64,000 bases of DNA from a virus. The position numbers were made by a program, and so were the translations under genes. Below are positions 25,249-35,086 of this stretch, one piece after another. The stretch is taken from IMG/VR virus record IMGVR_UViG_3300025466_000014. One strand, 5' to 3'. How positions within the stretch are numbered: position 1 is the stretch's first letter; every line of letters starts with the position of its first letter. Under the pieces are notes generated by a model. That model did no database searches and was not told where the DNA came from. It worked only from the letters and a program-made list of their open reading frames with translations.

Positions 25249-26736
25249 ATGGTTACAAGAAAATCTAAAGTTGCGGTAGAAAAAACTCCACGTGCTAAGA
25301 AGGTGCGTGAGCCTGCTGTAAAAGAAAAAGACACGCGCCCTAAGATTGACGTTTATTCTCTGTATTCAGACTCTCTAGACGTAATTGCTAAACGTCAGGG
25401 TTTTGAGTCGTCTGGCCTGGACGTTGCGCCACCTATGTCTACAGGTATGCTAGAAGTAGACATGGTTATGGGCGGCGGTATTCGCGCCTGTATGTTAACT
25501 GGCGCTGGCAACGAGCAATGTGCAAAAACTACTCTAGCTTTAACTGCTATGGGTGCGGCTATTAAAGCCAACATTCCCATTATCGGATTTATGGACTTCG
25601 AAGGCTCTACGAAGAATTCTAAGCCCTATGTTCACTCTATTCTCAAGGGCATGGGCATTAAGCTTTCTATGGACGAAGTCTTTGGTAAGGTCAACAAGGA
25701 CGGGACTGTTACTCCGGGACGTGTACGTTATAGGGCTGAGACTATCCTAGAGCGTTTCTACGATTGGCTCTCTGAGATTCTGCGCGAATTGCCGGATAAG
25801 CGATACGTTGAGGGAAAATGGTGGCTAGTATTCGATGAGAAGAATAAAAGGCACAAGGCTAAAGTCAGCGAGTTTCTAGACGAACGCATGACCAAGAAGT
25901 ACGGCAATGGCCTTTGGGTTGAAGCTCCTGACGATAAGATTCAGGGCATTATCTTTGTTGACTCTTATACTGCCATGCAGCCTGAGGCTAAAGACGAGGA
26001 AGAAATCAGCAATCAGCTTTCAGTTAAGGCTTCTGCTTTCTCTAAACAACTAGAGCGTGTTAAGGGCCGTATGGGTCAAAAGATGGTAACCGTTTACGGT
26101 TTAAACCATCTGCGAGCTAATCCTATGGCAATGTTTGGGCCTAAAGAGTCTGAAAAGGGCGGCAACGCGTTGCAACAATTTTCCGATGTGCGTTTACGTC
26201 AGACTAGCCGTTCTCTGTCTGCTGCGCCGTTTTCGCCTAAACCAGACAAGAAGCTTGGCTACGATGAGTCAGAACCTTCAACAGAATTTGAAGGCGGCAA
26301 AGACCGTTATCGGTACGTTCACGTTAAGGCCATTAAGAACAAACTGTGGACCCCTCAACGCGAATGCTTTATTCGTATTTGGGTAGAAGACGGTTCAGGT
26401 ACAGCGCGTGGTCTTGACCCTGTGTTTGATACTATCTGCTTTTTAAAAGACACAGGGCAACTCTCCGGCACACGCAAAAACTTTAAGCTTAATCTGGCTG
26501 GTTTAGGCGCATCTAAAGCCCCTGTGTCTTGGCAGCAACTTAAGCGGTGGATTTTAGGCAACAGAGAGATTATGGTTAAGGCTTCTACACATTGCGGTTA
26601 CAAACCAATGGACCTTCGTGCATTTTGTTTTAAGCAAGTTCAGAGCGGCGTTGCAGAAGATTTGTATGTAAAAGTCCTGTCTGCCAAGTCTGCTGACAAG
26701 AGCGGGAGTGACGAAGATGACAACGGTGACGACTGA
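25249..26736 (+). CDS. recA: RecA/UvsX-like recombinase
   Basis: STGMLEVD, Walker A GNEQCAKTT, Walker B FVDS, GGNAL..FSDVRL, KNK. Confidence 0.9.
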   Translation: MVTRKSKVAVEKTPRAKKVREPAVKEKDTRPKIDVYSLYSDSLDVIAKRQGFESSGLDVAPPMSTGMLEVDMVMGGGIRACMLTGAGNEQCAKTTLALTAMGAAIKANIPIIGFMDFEGSTKNSKPYVHSILKGMGIKLSMDEVFGKVNKDGTVTPGRVRYRAETILERFYDWLSEILRELPDKRYVEGKWWLVFDEKNKRHKAKVSEFLDERMTKKYGNGLWVEAPDDKIQGIIFVDSYTAMQPEAKDEEEISNQLSVKASAFSKQLERVKGRMGQKMVTVYGLNHLRANPMAMFGPKESEKGGNALQQFSDVRLRQTSRSLSAAPFSPKPDKKLGYDESEPSTEFEGGKDRYRYVHVKAIKNKLWTPQRECFIRIWVEDGSGTARGLDPVFDTICFLKDTGQLSGTRKNFKLNLAGLGASKAPVSWQQLKRWILGNREIMVKASTHCGYKPMDLRAFCFKQVQSGVAEDLYVKVLSAKSADKSGSDEDDNGDD

Positions 26737-27418
26737 AAGGCCCGAAGGTCTACCTCTAGTAGAACTAGATAAAGAAGACGCTCTTATGGCGGCTTTAACT
26801 AACTTGGCATATTCCTCAAAAGAGGATTTAGCTAAGAAAGTTAAGCCGCCTAAGATTAAGAAGCCCAAAGGTTCTAGGTCTTCTAAATTTTGGTTTACTA
26901 TGTCAACTGTGGAAATTGAGGTTGAGGAGCAAAAACAAAAGATGCTTCCTCAAGCCTTGGAACACATAGACGCTAACGTAGCTGCTAGGCTTAAAAAGTA
27001 TAAGACGGAACTAAGCCCCGAGTTAAAGAGTAACATTGAAACCGTTAGGGAATTTTTCCTAACGGAGTTAGCACCTTTAACTATTGCTACTAACGGCGGA
27101 GTGACACAGGCAAAAGAGGTTGTGCAGCGACTCCTAGACACTGAAGTTGACCCTAGTCTCTTAGACAAGTTTAATAACATGGCAAATAGAGCAGCCGTAA
27201 TGCGGTTAGCTCTTTTTGTTGTTGAGTATTTCAAACTTCCTAAAGAGCATTTGTCTTATATGTTTCCTACTCCAACAGGTCAAGACCCTGACTTAAAACA
27301 GATACTTGCTTTGCTGAAGAATCTTCCTAAAGAATCTAATAAAGACTCCTTGAAAAATTCTAGCAGGCTTATTGAAAAAACTGTGGAGAATGTAATTGAA
27401 AAATTTGGCGCAAGATAG
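26717..27418 (+). CDS. Hypothetical helical protein upstream of terL
   Basis: GGGAG RBS inside the recA 3' end. Confidence 0.6.
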   Translation: MTTVTTERPEGLPLVELDKEDALMAALTNLAYSSKEDLAKKVKPPKIKKPKGSRSSKFWFTMSTVEIEVEEQKQKMLPQALEHIDANVAARLKKYKTELSPELKSNIETVREFFLTELAPLTIATNGGVTQAKEVVQRLLDTEVDPSLLDKFNNMANRAAVMRLALFVVEYFKLPKEHLSYMFPTPTGQDPDLKQILALLKNLPKESNKDSLKNSSRLIEKTVENVIEKFGAR

Positions 27419-27455
27419 AGAACTAAAACAGCTACAAGCTTTGTTTGGCAACTTA

Positions 27456-29486
27456 ATGAAGGGTCCTAGTACAAATGACTCTTCTGTTATTGTGCCTACC
27501 CAACCTACCTTGGAGATTGACGACGACAACTTTGACATTGTTAAAATCATGTCTGAGTCTACCGACCCAGATACTGGGCTGATGCGCGACTTGAAGATTG
27601 ACGACAGAGACCTTGAGCAGGCCTCCTCATATTACGATTATAGTCTACGTTTAATTATTAACGAGAATAAGCCGCCGTGGATGATTCAAATGTGGACCGG
27701 GCTAATGCTCTTTGGCGAGGTATGTCCTGTATGCTCGGACAAACGCTGGCTTAATCTGGACTGGGTAATTGAAAACGTAGACAAGTCTATGCCCTCTAAA
27801 GAGATTAAGCAAGGCCTAAAGATTTTACGACACGGTGTATGTCCCAAATGCAAGCGTACCAAAGGTGAGCTAATAAAAAACCACGGTCTAAACAACTATG
27901 TTGAGCTTGTAAATGTTCTAGGCCAGCGCTCTGGTAAATCATCTTCGGCTGCTGGCGGCTACGCTACTTATTCTTTGCATAGGTGGCTAAAGTTTCCACG
28001 GCTTGCTGACATGACAAATTCAATGCAGGCTTCAACAGAGTTGACTGGTACCTTTGTTGCACTGACCGCAAGTCGTGCAACAACTCTGTGGACGCCTTTT
28101 ATGAACGTTATTTCAGATTCAGAATGGTTTAAACAGTACGACGCAATGCTTGCACACTATGAGAAAAAATATGGTGTAGAGCTTGTTCGCAAGCGTAGTG
28201 AGTATTTTAAATACTTCCACAAGGGACTGAAATTTTACTTCTCAGGGCCCCGAGGTGAAACACTCCGTGGTGATACTCGTGTTCTAGCTCTAATTGACGA
28301 ATTAGGTTTGTTTCCTCTTCCAGACCCAGAAGCAGAAGAAGCCACAGATAAACGTGCTAACGCAGACGAAGCCCACAAGTCTCTAGTCTCCAGTTTAACT
28401 ACTGCGCAAGCCGCGCAGTCTGTTCTTTTACAGCAGGGCGTTAACTGTCCGTCAGCACTTTTTATGGGTGTGTCTTCTCCAATGTCTGTTCGAGACAAGG
28501 TTATGCGTCGCTTGGCAGACTCACGAACAGAAGAAGGAAAGAAGTATATTTTAGGCGTAAACCTTCCTACCTGGAAAGTGAACCCTTCTCTAGAAAGAAC
28601 CTCTCCCATTATTGCTCTAGCCTATGCAACTAACTGGGAAAAAGCAGAGCGTGACTTTGGTGCTAATCCTCCAATCATTCATAATACGTTCCTGAAGCAT
28701 ACGCAAGTTACTCCGGATTTGTTCACACAGAAAAATACGCACGAGCTTACCTATCATTACGACCAGCCAGGTTATTTATACGGGAAACTAACCCAAAGCT
28801 ATCGCCCTAAGTACCCTTCTATAGTTTGTCTTGATGCAGGTTCAACAAACAATTCCTTTACTTTAGTTGGTGCACACTTTGACTTCGATAAGCAAAAGAC
28901 GGTTGTTACTACCGTCATTGAGATAATGACGCATGACGGACGTCGAATAGATTTTAACCTAGTCTACCTGAATATAATCTTGCCTGTGCTAAAACAGATT
29001 AACGGCGTTGCATTGTTTGCAGACCAGTGGCAGTCTTTGGACATTTTGTCTAGAGCCAAGGAGGATATGGGACTTGCACCTCGACAAAGTAAACCTAGGT
29101 GTATGACGGCACAGTATTCGCCTAAGCGTAGGGACTTCGATTCTCTTGTAGCTGCTTTTGAGAATAAATCAATAGTGCTGCCATTTTTAGCGCAAGTAGA
29201 TTACGACGACGTTGTTACAAATCAGATTTCCTACAAGACGCTAAATAACAAACCTGTTAAACATCTGCTTTTGCAAATGCTAACTGTCACAGACGGTGGT
29301 GTGGGCAAATGTCCAACTAAGGGCGATGGTTACACAGACGACATATTTAGAGCCCTAGTCTTGACAACTCTAATTCATAAAGAGAAGGTTATGGCTCGTC
29401 TTAAGGAAGCTCGCGCGTGGATAGACGCTGACTCAGGTACAGGTTCATCTATGCCTATGCCTGTATTTATACCTAGAAGTTGGTAG
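27456..29486 (+). CDS. terL: Terminase large subunit
   Basis: Walker A GQRSGKSS, Walker B ALIDE, VSSP, nuclease CLDAG...DDIFRA; start uncertain (27396 TTG alternative). Confidence 0.9.
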   Translation: MKGPSTNDSSVIVPTQPTLEIDDDNFDIVKIMSESTDPDTGLMRDLKIDDRDLEQASSYYDYSLRLIINENKPPWMIQMWTGLMLFGEVCPVCSDKRWLNLDWVIENVDKSMPSKEIKQGLKILRHGVCPKCKRTKGELIKNHGLNNYVELVNVLGQRSGKSSSAAGGYATYSLHRWLKFPRLADMTNSMQASTELTGTFVALTASRATTLWTPFMNVISDSEWFKQYDAMLAHYEKKYGVELVRKRSEYFKYFHKGLKFYFSGPRGETLRGDTRVLALIDELGLFPLPDPEAEEATDKRANADEAHKSLVSSLTTAQAAQSVLLQQGVNCPSALFMGVSSPMSVRDKVMRRLADSRTEEGKKYILGVNLPTWKVNPSLERTSPIIALAYATNWEKAERDFGANPPIIHNTFLKHTQVTPDLFTQKNTHELTYHYDQPGYLYGKLTQSYRPKYPSIVCLDAGSTNNSFTLVGAHFDFDKQKTVVTTVIEIMTHDGRRIDFNLVYLNIILPVLKQINGVALFADQWQSLDILSRAKEDMGLAPRQSKPRCMTAQYSPKRRDFDSLVAAFENKSIVLPFLAQVDYDDVVTNQISYKTLNNKPVKHLLLQMLTVTDGGVGKCPTKGDGYTDDIFRALVLTTLIHKEKVMARLKEARAWIDADSGTGSSMPMPVFIPRSW

Positions 29487-29527
29487 ATCGGTATGACAAT
29501 TGGGCACTCAAAGTTCAATTTTATTAC

Positions 29528-30139
29528 ATGCGCAAAACTAAAAAACCACCAAAGCCCAATGAAGTTTACGAGCTTCCTACTAAGATAGTCGTCAGAGATC
29601 AGGTAGTAATTCTAGGCATGGACCCTGGCTCTAGGAATTTTGGTATTGCTCTTGTAGGCACCAGTAACGGTAAAATTAAAGTCTATGCCAATGCTGTTTT
29701 AATGCGGCCAGTTAATGACTTGGTATCCTTTGGGATGTCCTCAGATGCTTTCATGAAAGAGATTAAAGCTTGGATAGACTTGGGCAACCCCAAGGGCGTT
29801 GTAGCAGAAAGATTTCAAACGCGAGGTAATGGTGGCCCGCTTATTGAACAAGTTTCTGCAATGCTTGGTCTTATTAGAGGTCGTTATCCGAAATTGCCCA
29901 TGAAGTTGACCATTGCCTCTGCTTGGAAAAATAAATTTAACCGTAGGTTCAATATGGACCTTAAAGAAATTTATCCTACTACAAGAGTTCAACCTCACCA
30001 ACTAGACGCCACACTAATTGGCATTTTTGGTTTAGAGGCTGGTCTAGGCAAAGAGTTGTCGTTTACGATTGAGGACGTTATTAAACAATGCGAAGCAACG
30101 TCTTTAGTTAAACTTAAAAATTTAAAAATTCAGAAATAA
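29528..30139 (+). CDS. ruvC: RuvC-like Holliday junction resolvase
   Basis: ILGMDPGSRNFG, VVAERFQ, HQLDATLIG. Confidence 0.85.
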   Translation: MRKTKKPPKPNEVYELPTKIVVRDQVVILGMDPGSRNFGIALVGTSNGKIKVYANAVLMRPVNDLVSFGMSSDAFMKEIKAWIDLGNPKGVVAERFQTRGNGGPLIEQVSAMLGLIRGRYPKLPMKLTIASAWKNKFNRRFNMDLKEIYPTTRVQPHQLDATLIGIFGLEAGLGKELSFTIEDVIKQCEATSLVKLKNLKIQK

Positions 30140-30149
30140 GGAACCTGTT

Positions 30150-31124
30150 ATGTCTAAAATACCTGCAGCCTGGCTTGAAGCTAAAGTTTCTTTTGGTGAC
30201 CAAAAAGAAGATACAACAACCTTGACAGCCAATTGGTGGGACGAATTGTCTGATACGTCTAAAGAAGAGTACGTTCAAGAACATCCAAATTCTAAATATG
30301 CTGAGATGCATAAAAAAGCCAAAGAAGGCAAAGAGTCTACGCCTGTAGAGCACAAAGAAAACAAAGAGCAGAAGCCTGCTCAGACAGAAGAGCATAGCAA
30401 TGGCCCTGTCGCTGTTTTGCCTCACCCAGGTCATGAAGCAGTTGCGGTTATGCACAAGGCAGCCGCGTCACCTGAAATGAAACCTAACTCTCCGCTGCGT
30501 AAAAAGATTGGCGGATTCTTGGTTACTAAAGCCAAAAATGTTGTCAGTCATCTTAAGCATGAAGGTAAAGAATTCAAAGTTGCGGGCAGTGCCTGCATTA
30601 AACTAGCTAAACGTAAACCTTTAGATGAGCATGATAAACATGCCTTAGCCGCAGTAGCCGCTGACTTAGCTGCGGTTGCGATTGCAATCGCAACCGGTGG
30701 ACATTTGGCACACCTGTTGGAAGAGGGTGCAGCTATTCTAATGGGTCATGCGGTGCAACACTTAGCTCTTGAATCAATAACCAAGGCAGCAGTTAAAGGT
30801 GCAATTCATCACGCAACGGTTTTATCTTCGGAAAGCGTAATTGCCGTTGACATGAATTTTGATGCTACCCTGGAGGAGGCTGTAAAGATTCTTGCGCAGC
30901 AACTTGAGACAGCGGACCTTAGTAGTCTAATTCCTGAAAATGAGGATGATAAGACTAGTGAGAATAAAGTTACTGCTCGGGTTAACATGAGCGCAGAGGT
31001 TGCAGGCGCAGGACTTTGCCCTGAGTGTCGCACACCAATGAAAGTTACAAGCACTGCATCGGGAAAGATGTGGACTTGCGCTACCGATCGTATTGCTATC
31101 CCAATGCCAAATGGCCACAACTAA
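30150..31124 (+). CDS. Modular hypothetical, probable virion/head protein with C-terminal Zn ribbon
   Basis: WWDELS...YVQEHPNSKY motif; hydrophobic Ala/His helices; CPEC...CATD. Confidence 0.55.
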   Translation: MSKIPAAWLEAKVSFGDQKEDTTTLTANWWDELSDTSKEEYVQEHPNSKYAEMHKKAKEGKESTPVEHKENKEQKPAQTEEHSNGPVAVLPHPGHEAVAVMHKAAASPEMKPNSPLRKKIGGFLVTKAKNVVSHLKHEGKEFKVAGSACIKLAKRKPLDEHDKHALAAVAADLAAVAIAIATGGHLAHLLEEGAAILMGHAVQHLALESITKAAVKGAIHHATVLSSESVIAVDMNFDATLEEAVKILAQQLETADLSSLIPENEDDKTSENKVTARVNMSAEVAGAGLCPECRTPMKVTSTASGKMWTCATDRIAIPMPNGHN

Positions 31125-31848
31125 AAAACAAAATCCACTTCCAACTAAAAAGCCAAAGCCTAAGCAGACTCTAACAAAGCGAGCAACGCCAAAGGTTAAG
31201 ACTTTAGACGTATCTGGAACAGACAAAACAGCCAAATTAGCCAAAGCAGTTAAAACTCCTAAGGTACCTAAACCTAAAAGAGGAAGAAACGAAGTTGCTG
31301 TACTGAAAAATAAAGTAGCAACTTCGATAGCTCAGGGTAAAAAGGCGCGCATATCAAAGTTAAACACAAAGGGAATGGTTTCTATTCTGGGCGATTCCTC
31401 AGAAGAAATCATGCAGCTTTTAGAGGTTAACAAGAACGAATCTGCAACTTCGCTAATTCAAAAACGTCTACTACAGTCGCTGGTAGACGTTTTGCCATAT
31501 GCAGAGCACAATGTTCGAGAGTCTAAAGGTCAAAGGTCTGTCTATCAATTAAACTCGCTAATCACTTCTCTACGCGAAGTTTTAATCGATATTCAATCTA
31601 CGCGAGACAAAGGCGCTCTTGGTGAGGCACTAGTTGAAAAGATTATCCGCCCTATGTTCCTGGATTTAGGCATGTTGCTTATTCAAGAAAACGCCAAGAC
31701 GGATAACATTCTTAAAGACTTAATGACACCGGAAAATTATAGAGAAGCAAAGAAAACAAAAGCCGAAAGCCTTGAGAGAATTGCTACGGCAATTCAACTG
31801 GCCTACACTGAGGCTAAAGCACAGGTAATCGCATTTATATCTACATGA
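31111..31848 (+). CDS. Hypothetical protein, basic N-terminus plus helical core (small terminase candidate)
   Basis: Lys/Pro-rich tail and helical bundle; lies between terL and portal. Confidence 0.35.
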   Translation: MATTKKQNPLPTKKPKPKQTLTKRATPKVKTLDVSGTDKTAKLAKAVKTPKVPKPKRGRNEVAVLKNKVATSIAQGKKARISKLNTKGMVSILGDSSEEIMQLLEVNKNESATSLIQKRLLQSLVDVLPYAEHNVRESKGQRSVYQLNSLITSLREVLIDIQSTRDKGALGEALVEKIIRPMFLDLGMLLIQENAKTDNILKDLMTPENYREAKKTKAESLERIATAIQLAYTEAKAQVIAFIST

Positions 31849-32282
31849 TAGCTGATAACATAAAAACTCGCATAGCTCAGTATTACAAAAAGAAAAAGCG
31901 CGTAATTTTTCCTGAATTAGGACTTTTGCGCAGAGGCCGTTTACGAGCCGATCTTCTTGTTCTAGCTATGACAGGGCACATTGTTATCGTGGAAGTAAAA
32001 TCATCAGTTTCAGACTATAAGGCAGACGCTCGCAAAAAGGGCTCCTACTTAGAGTATTGCAACCAGTTTTACTATGCAATGCCGGAACCAGTTTATCTAA
32101 AGGTTGTGGAGACAATAACCGAAGGTATTGGTGTTTTTATAATGAGTGAAGACGGTACCAAACTTCGTAAAGTTACGCCTGCAAAGAATAGGGAACTAAA
32201 AAATGAAGTCAAGCTCAGCCTCGCAATACGAGCAGCATTCAGAAACGCCCCAGACACGACAAGAAAAAACAAACGAATCTGA
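31845..32282 (+). CDS. MmcB-like PD-(D/E)xK nuclease
   Basis: RADLL....IVIVEVKSSVSDYKAD.K...YLEYCNQFYYAMP. Confidence 0.85.
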   Translation: MIADNIKTRIAQYYKKKKRVIFPELGLLRRGRLRADLLVLAMTGHIVIVEVKSSVSDYKADARKKGSYLEYCNQFYYAMPEPVYLKVVETITEGIGVFIMSEDGTKLRKVTPAKNRELKNEVKLSLAIRAAFRNAPDTTRKNKRI

Positions 32283-32402
32283 ACTAAAAAAGACTAAACA
32301 AGCCAGGAAGACAAAGTTGCGTAATATTAGGGCAAAAGAAGAACTAGACATGCTCTCTCCTAATAATAGCGTCGAGCCCCATTATCCACCAGGAGATTCT
32401 CA

Positions 32403-34166
32403 ATGTTTACCAAGGATCACGTCACTTCAGTGACTGCTAGCGGCATCCGCACTAAGAAAAACACGCTGTTAGCAGACACAATAGGCACCTCAGGAGTCTC
32501 TGCCTCCGCGTTTACTGGCGGGCAGTATAACTACTTTATGTCTGGGTTGTTGCCTGCAACACCCGATCTTCCAGACTCGACGGCGCTTGCGTATTTTTAT
32601 CGTGATATCTACTTGCACGACAACGTTGGTGGCTCTTGCGTAGACATTCAATCTACCTTCCCGTTTTCGGATTGGGAACTGCGCGGCTTGGAAGACAAAG
32701 ACTTAGAAATCTTTAATAACGCCCTAACCCGCCTCAATATGTTGGAGATGCTACCGCGCATTTCTATGGCTTACATGGTTGACGGTTTCTACACAGGTTC
32801 TCTTATTGTTGATCCTAAAGTTAAAAACTTTATGGACATCCTTACGCACGACGCCTTGCAGTGCAATCTAACCGCCTCACCATTTAACAACATTGACCCT
32901 AAAATTCAGGTAACAGTTTCTGGTGAGACCATGCAGTTTATTAACAACCCTAGTGACTACGCTAGGCAATACCTGCAGACAATGCCTCCCTCTTTTGTGT
33001 CTTTGTTAAAAGAAGGCTCGTTTGTTCTTGACCCAGTAACTACTCTGTTCTTGGCACGTCGAGGTTTAACTGATCGCCCGTACCAGTCTTACTTACACCG
33101 CCTTCTCCCTATGTACTTGTTGGAAAAAACAATGTACCGAGGCACTCTGGTTGAAGCACAGCGTCGTCAACGAGCAATGACGCACTTAACGGCAGGTGAC
33201 GACATCTGGACACCTTCAGCACAAGAGCTACAACTTTTGGCTGAGCGGTTTCAACAGGCAGAGCGTGACCCCTTAGGAGGTTGGATTACTACTCGTAATT
33301 CAGTTACCGCTACAGACGTGCGCCCTGGCGGTGAGTTCTGGAAATGGACAGACATGAGCGATGTCCTAACTCCTTATAAGCTACGTGCGCTAGGCATATC
33401 GGAAGCCTTGTTGTCTGGTGACGCAAGCTACGCAGCCTCTGACAGTGCGTTTGCAGTCTTCCTTGAAACCACTCAAGGTTATCGTTCGCATTTGACCCAC
33501 TCTATCTTTTACAAAAAACTCTTCCCGCTGCTAGGTATTGCAAATGAGTTATACAAAGATAAGACTAAAAAGTCTAAAACAAACTCAATTGTAGACTTTA
33601 TCTACAACACAGTAAATCACAATAACCTCAAGCAACCTGTTTTGCATTGGCATAAAGACTTGTCCGGTAAAACCGAAGACAACCTTATGGACATGCTGGA
33701 AAAAGTTTCTGAAAAAGGTGTGCCTATTCCTCTGAAGATGTGGCTGGCGGCTGGCGGCATTGACAAAGATACCTTAATTAGAGACGCCCGTGAAGATAAG
33801 GAACTGAGGAAAGAACTAGGCGTAGCCGAAAATTCTCCGCAGGACGTCGAGGATGAAGGTCACGATCAGACGCAGGAAGATAGCGACGATATAAATAACG
33901 AAAAGGTTACGTCGGCATCCGCTAATTCTTCTTGGGCAGCGGGTGGCTTTAGGAAAAAGTCTATACTAGACCGTACCTTTGACGGTGAATTCTACAACAT
34001 AGGTAAAACCGGTAAAAAAGAGCATGTGCTTAATAGCAATGCCAAGATAAAAGATCAAAATTGGCAGATAGCTAAACTTGCTGCTAAGTTTAAAAATCCT
34101 GAGGTGCGCGAACGTGCTCGTCGTTTAAACTTGAAAACTCTTGGAATTGACAGACTTGCGCTTTAA
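32403..34166 (+). CDS. Portal protein (putative)
   Basis: 587 aa, downstream of terL. It has the portal-like order of helical wing, P(F)S.WEL, RALGI and LLSG motifs. CAGGAG RBS. Confidence 0.7.
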   Translation: MFTKDHVTSVTASGIRTKKNTLLADTIGTSGVSASAFTGGQYNYFMSGLLPATPDLPDSTALAYFYRDIYLHDNVGGSCVDIQSTFPFSDWELRGLEDKDLEIFNNALTRLNMLEMLPRISMAYMVDGFYTGSLIVDPKVKNFMDILTHDALQCNLTASPFNNIDPKIQVTVSGETMQFINNPSDYARQYLQTMPPSFVSLLKEGSFVLDPVTTLFLARRGLTDRPYQSYLHRLLPMYLLEKTMYRGTLVEAQRRQRAMTHLTAGDDIWTPSAQELQLLAERFQQAERDPLGGWITTRNSVTATDVRPGGEFWKWTDMSDVLTPYKLRALGISEALLSGDASYAASDSAFAVFLETTQGYRSHLTHSIFYKKLFPLLGIANELYKDKTKKSKTNSIVDFIYNTVNHNNLKQPVLHWHKDLSGKTEDNLMDMLEKVSEKGVPIPLKMWLAAGGIDKDTLIRDAREDKELRKELGVAENSPQDVEDEGHDQTQEDSDDINNEKVTSASANSSWAAGGFRKKSILDRTFDGEFYNIGKTGKKEHVLNSNAKIKDQNWQIAKLAAKFKNPEVRERARRLNLKTLGIDRLAL

Positions 34167-34200
34167 TTTAATGGCAATACTAAAAAGGACATAAAAAGAA

Positions 34201-35085
34201 ATGCTTAAACCTATTTACCTAGCTGCTAGTGCTAGACTTAAGGCTAGTGCCGTTTCTACTTCTTTGGCAGGTTGCCTGCAAAGAATTGCCAAGACAGTTG
34301 ACCCAGTTCACGCTAAAGACAAAACTGCACCGGCGCTTGGCCCTAACATTTGCCATGGTGCTGTTGCGCTGGCAATTAAAAAACGAGGAAACCCAGAGGA
34401 CCTTATCTGGTTTTATGGTGTGCGCTTTAAAGATCAGCCTCAAGTAGAACACTCCGTTTTGACTAACGAAGACCATGAGGTTATCGCAGACACATTTAAA
34501 AAGAACGGAAAGTTTCTGGGTACTAAAGGCTACTTTCGTAATGTGCCTGGTGCTGACGTAACAGATACTTTTTTAGCCGTTGTTCCTGTGTCAGAGCTTT
34601 ACGACGACTACATGAGCTACGAGATTAACTCTGCAGTTAGCGACAAGGTAGAGAAAAAAGACAAACAGCGCAATAAAGAAAATATAGATAGGCAACTTGA
34701 AACCAACAAAGAGCGACAGGACACTCTGCGTGATAGTAAAAAGACAATGGACCCAGCACAAAAATTGCAAGTTGACGAGCAGGTTAACGGGTTACAACAC
34801 CAAGCAATAGAACTAAAGAAACGTAAAAGCGAGGCAAGTATGTATTCCTATCTTCTTAATGCGCGCATTAAGCCCGAATCAGATTATCAGTTCTTTACCT
34901 ACAAGGCTGCCAAGCCTGTAGTCGTTAATTTTCGCGGCAATCCAATTGTGATTGACAAGGGTACAAAATTTGGTGTTCGCAAGTCTAGTAACGGTAAACA
35001 CATTAGACTAATTCGCCCAAATGAACCCACTCGTGTTATTACAATTGATTTGAAGACTGCCGAAGACCTTGCAAAAGGTGTATAA
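34201..35085 (+). CDS. Hypothetical virion protein, possible Cys-His-Asp (transglutaminase/papain-like) domain
   Basis: NICHGAV...VEHSVL...IADT; central coiled coil; separate C-terminal beta domain. Confidence 0.4.
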   Translation: MLKPIYLAASARLKASAVSTSLAGCLQRIAKTVDPVHAKDKTAPALGPNICHGAVALAIKKRGNPEDLIWFYGVRFKDQPQVEHSVLTNEDHEVIADTFKKNGKFLGTKGYFRNVPGADVTDTFLAVVPVSELYDDYMSYEINSAVSDKVEKKDKQRNKENIDRQLETNKERQDTLRDSKKTMDPAQKLQVDEQVNGLQHQAIELKKRKSEASMYSYLLNARIKPESDYQFFTYKAAKPVVVNFRGNPIVIDKGTKFGVRKSSNGKHIRLIRPNEPTRVITIDLKTAEDLAKGV

Positions 35086-35086
35086 A

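Noticed and set aside
25750-25950. RecA insertion as a possible intein
   Set aside because: It is too short (~55 aa) and lacks the N-terminal C/S and C-terminal HN-C/S/T splice motifs. TerL and the topoisomerase genes also show no intein or intron interruption.
32203-32433. 76-aa ORF bridging the MmcB-like gene and portal
   Set aside because: It overlaps both neighbours, has low complexity and no clear RBS. It cannot be supported, though it is not excluded.
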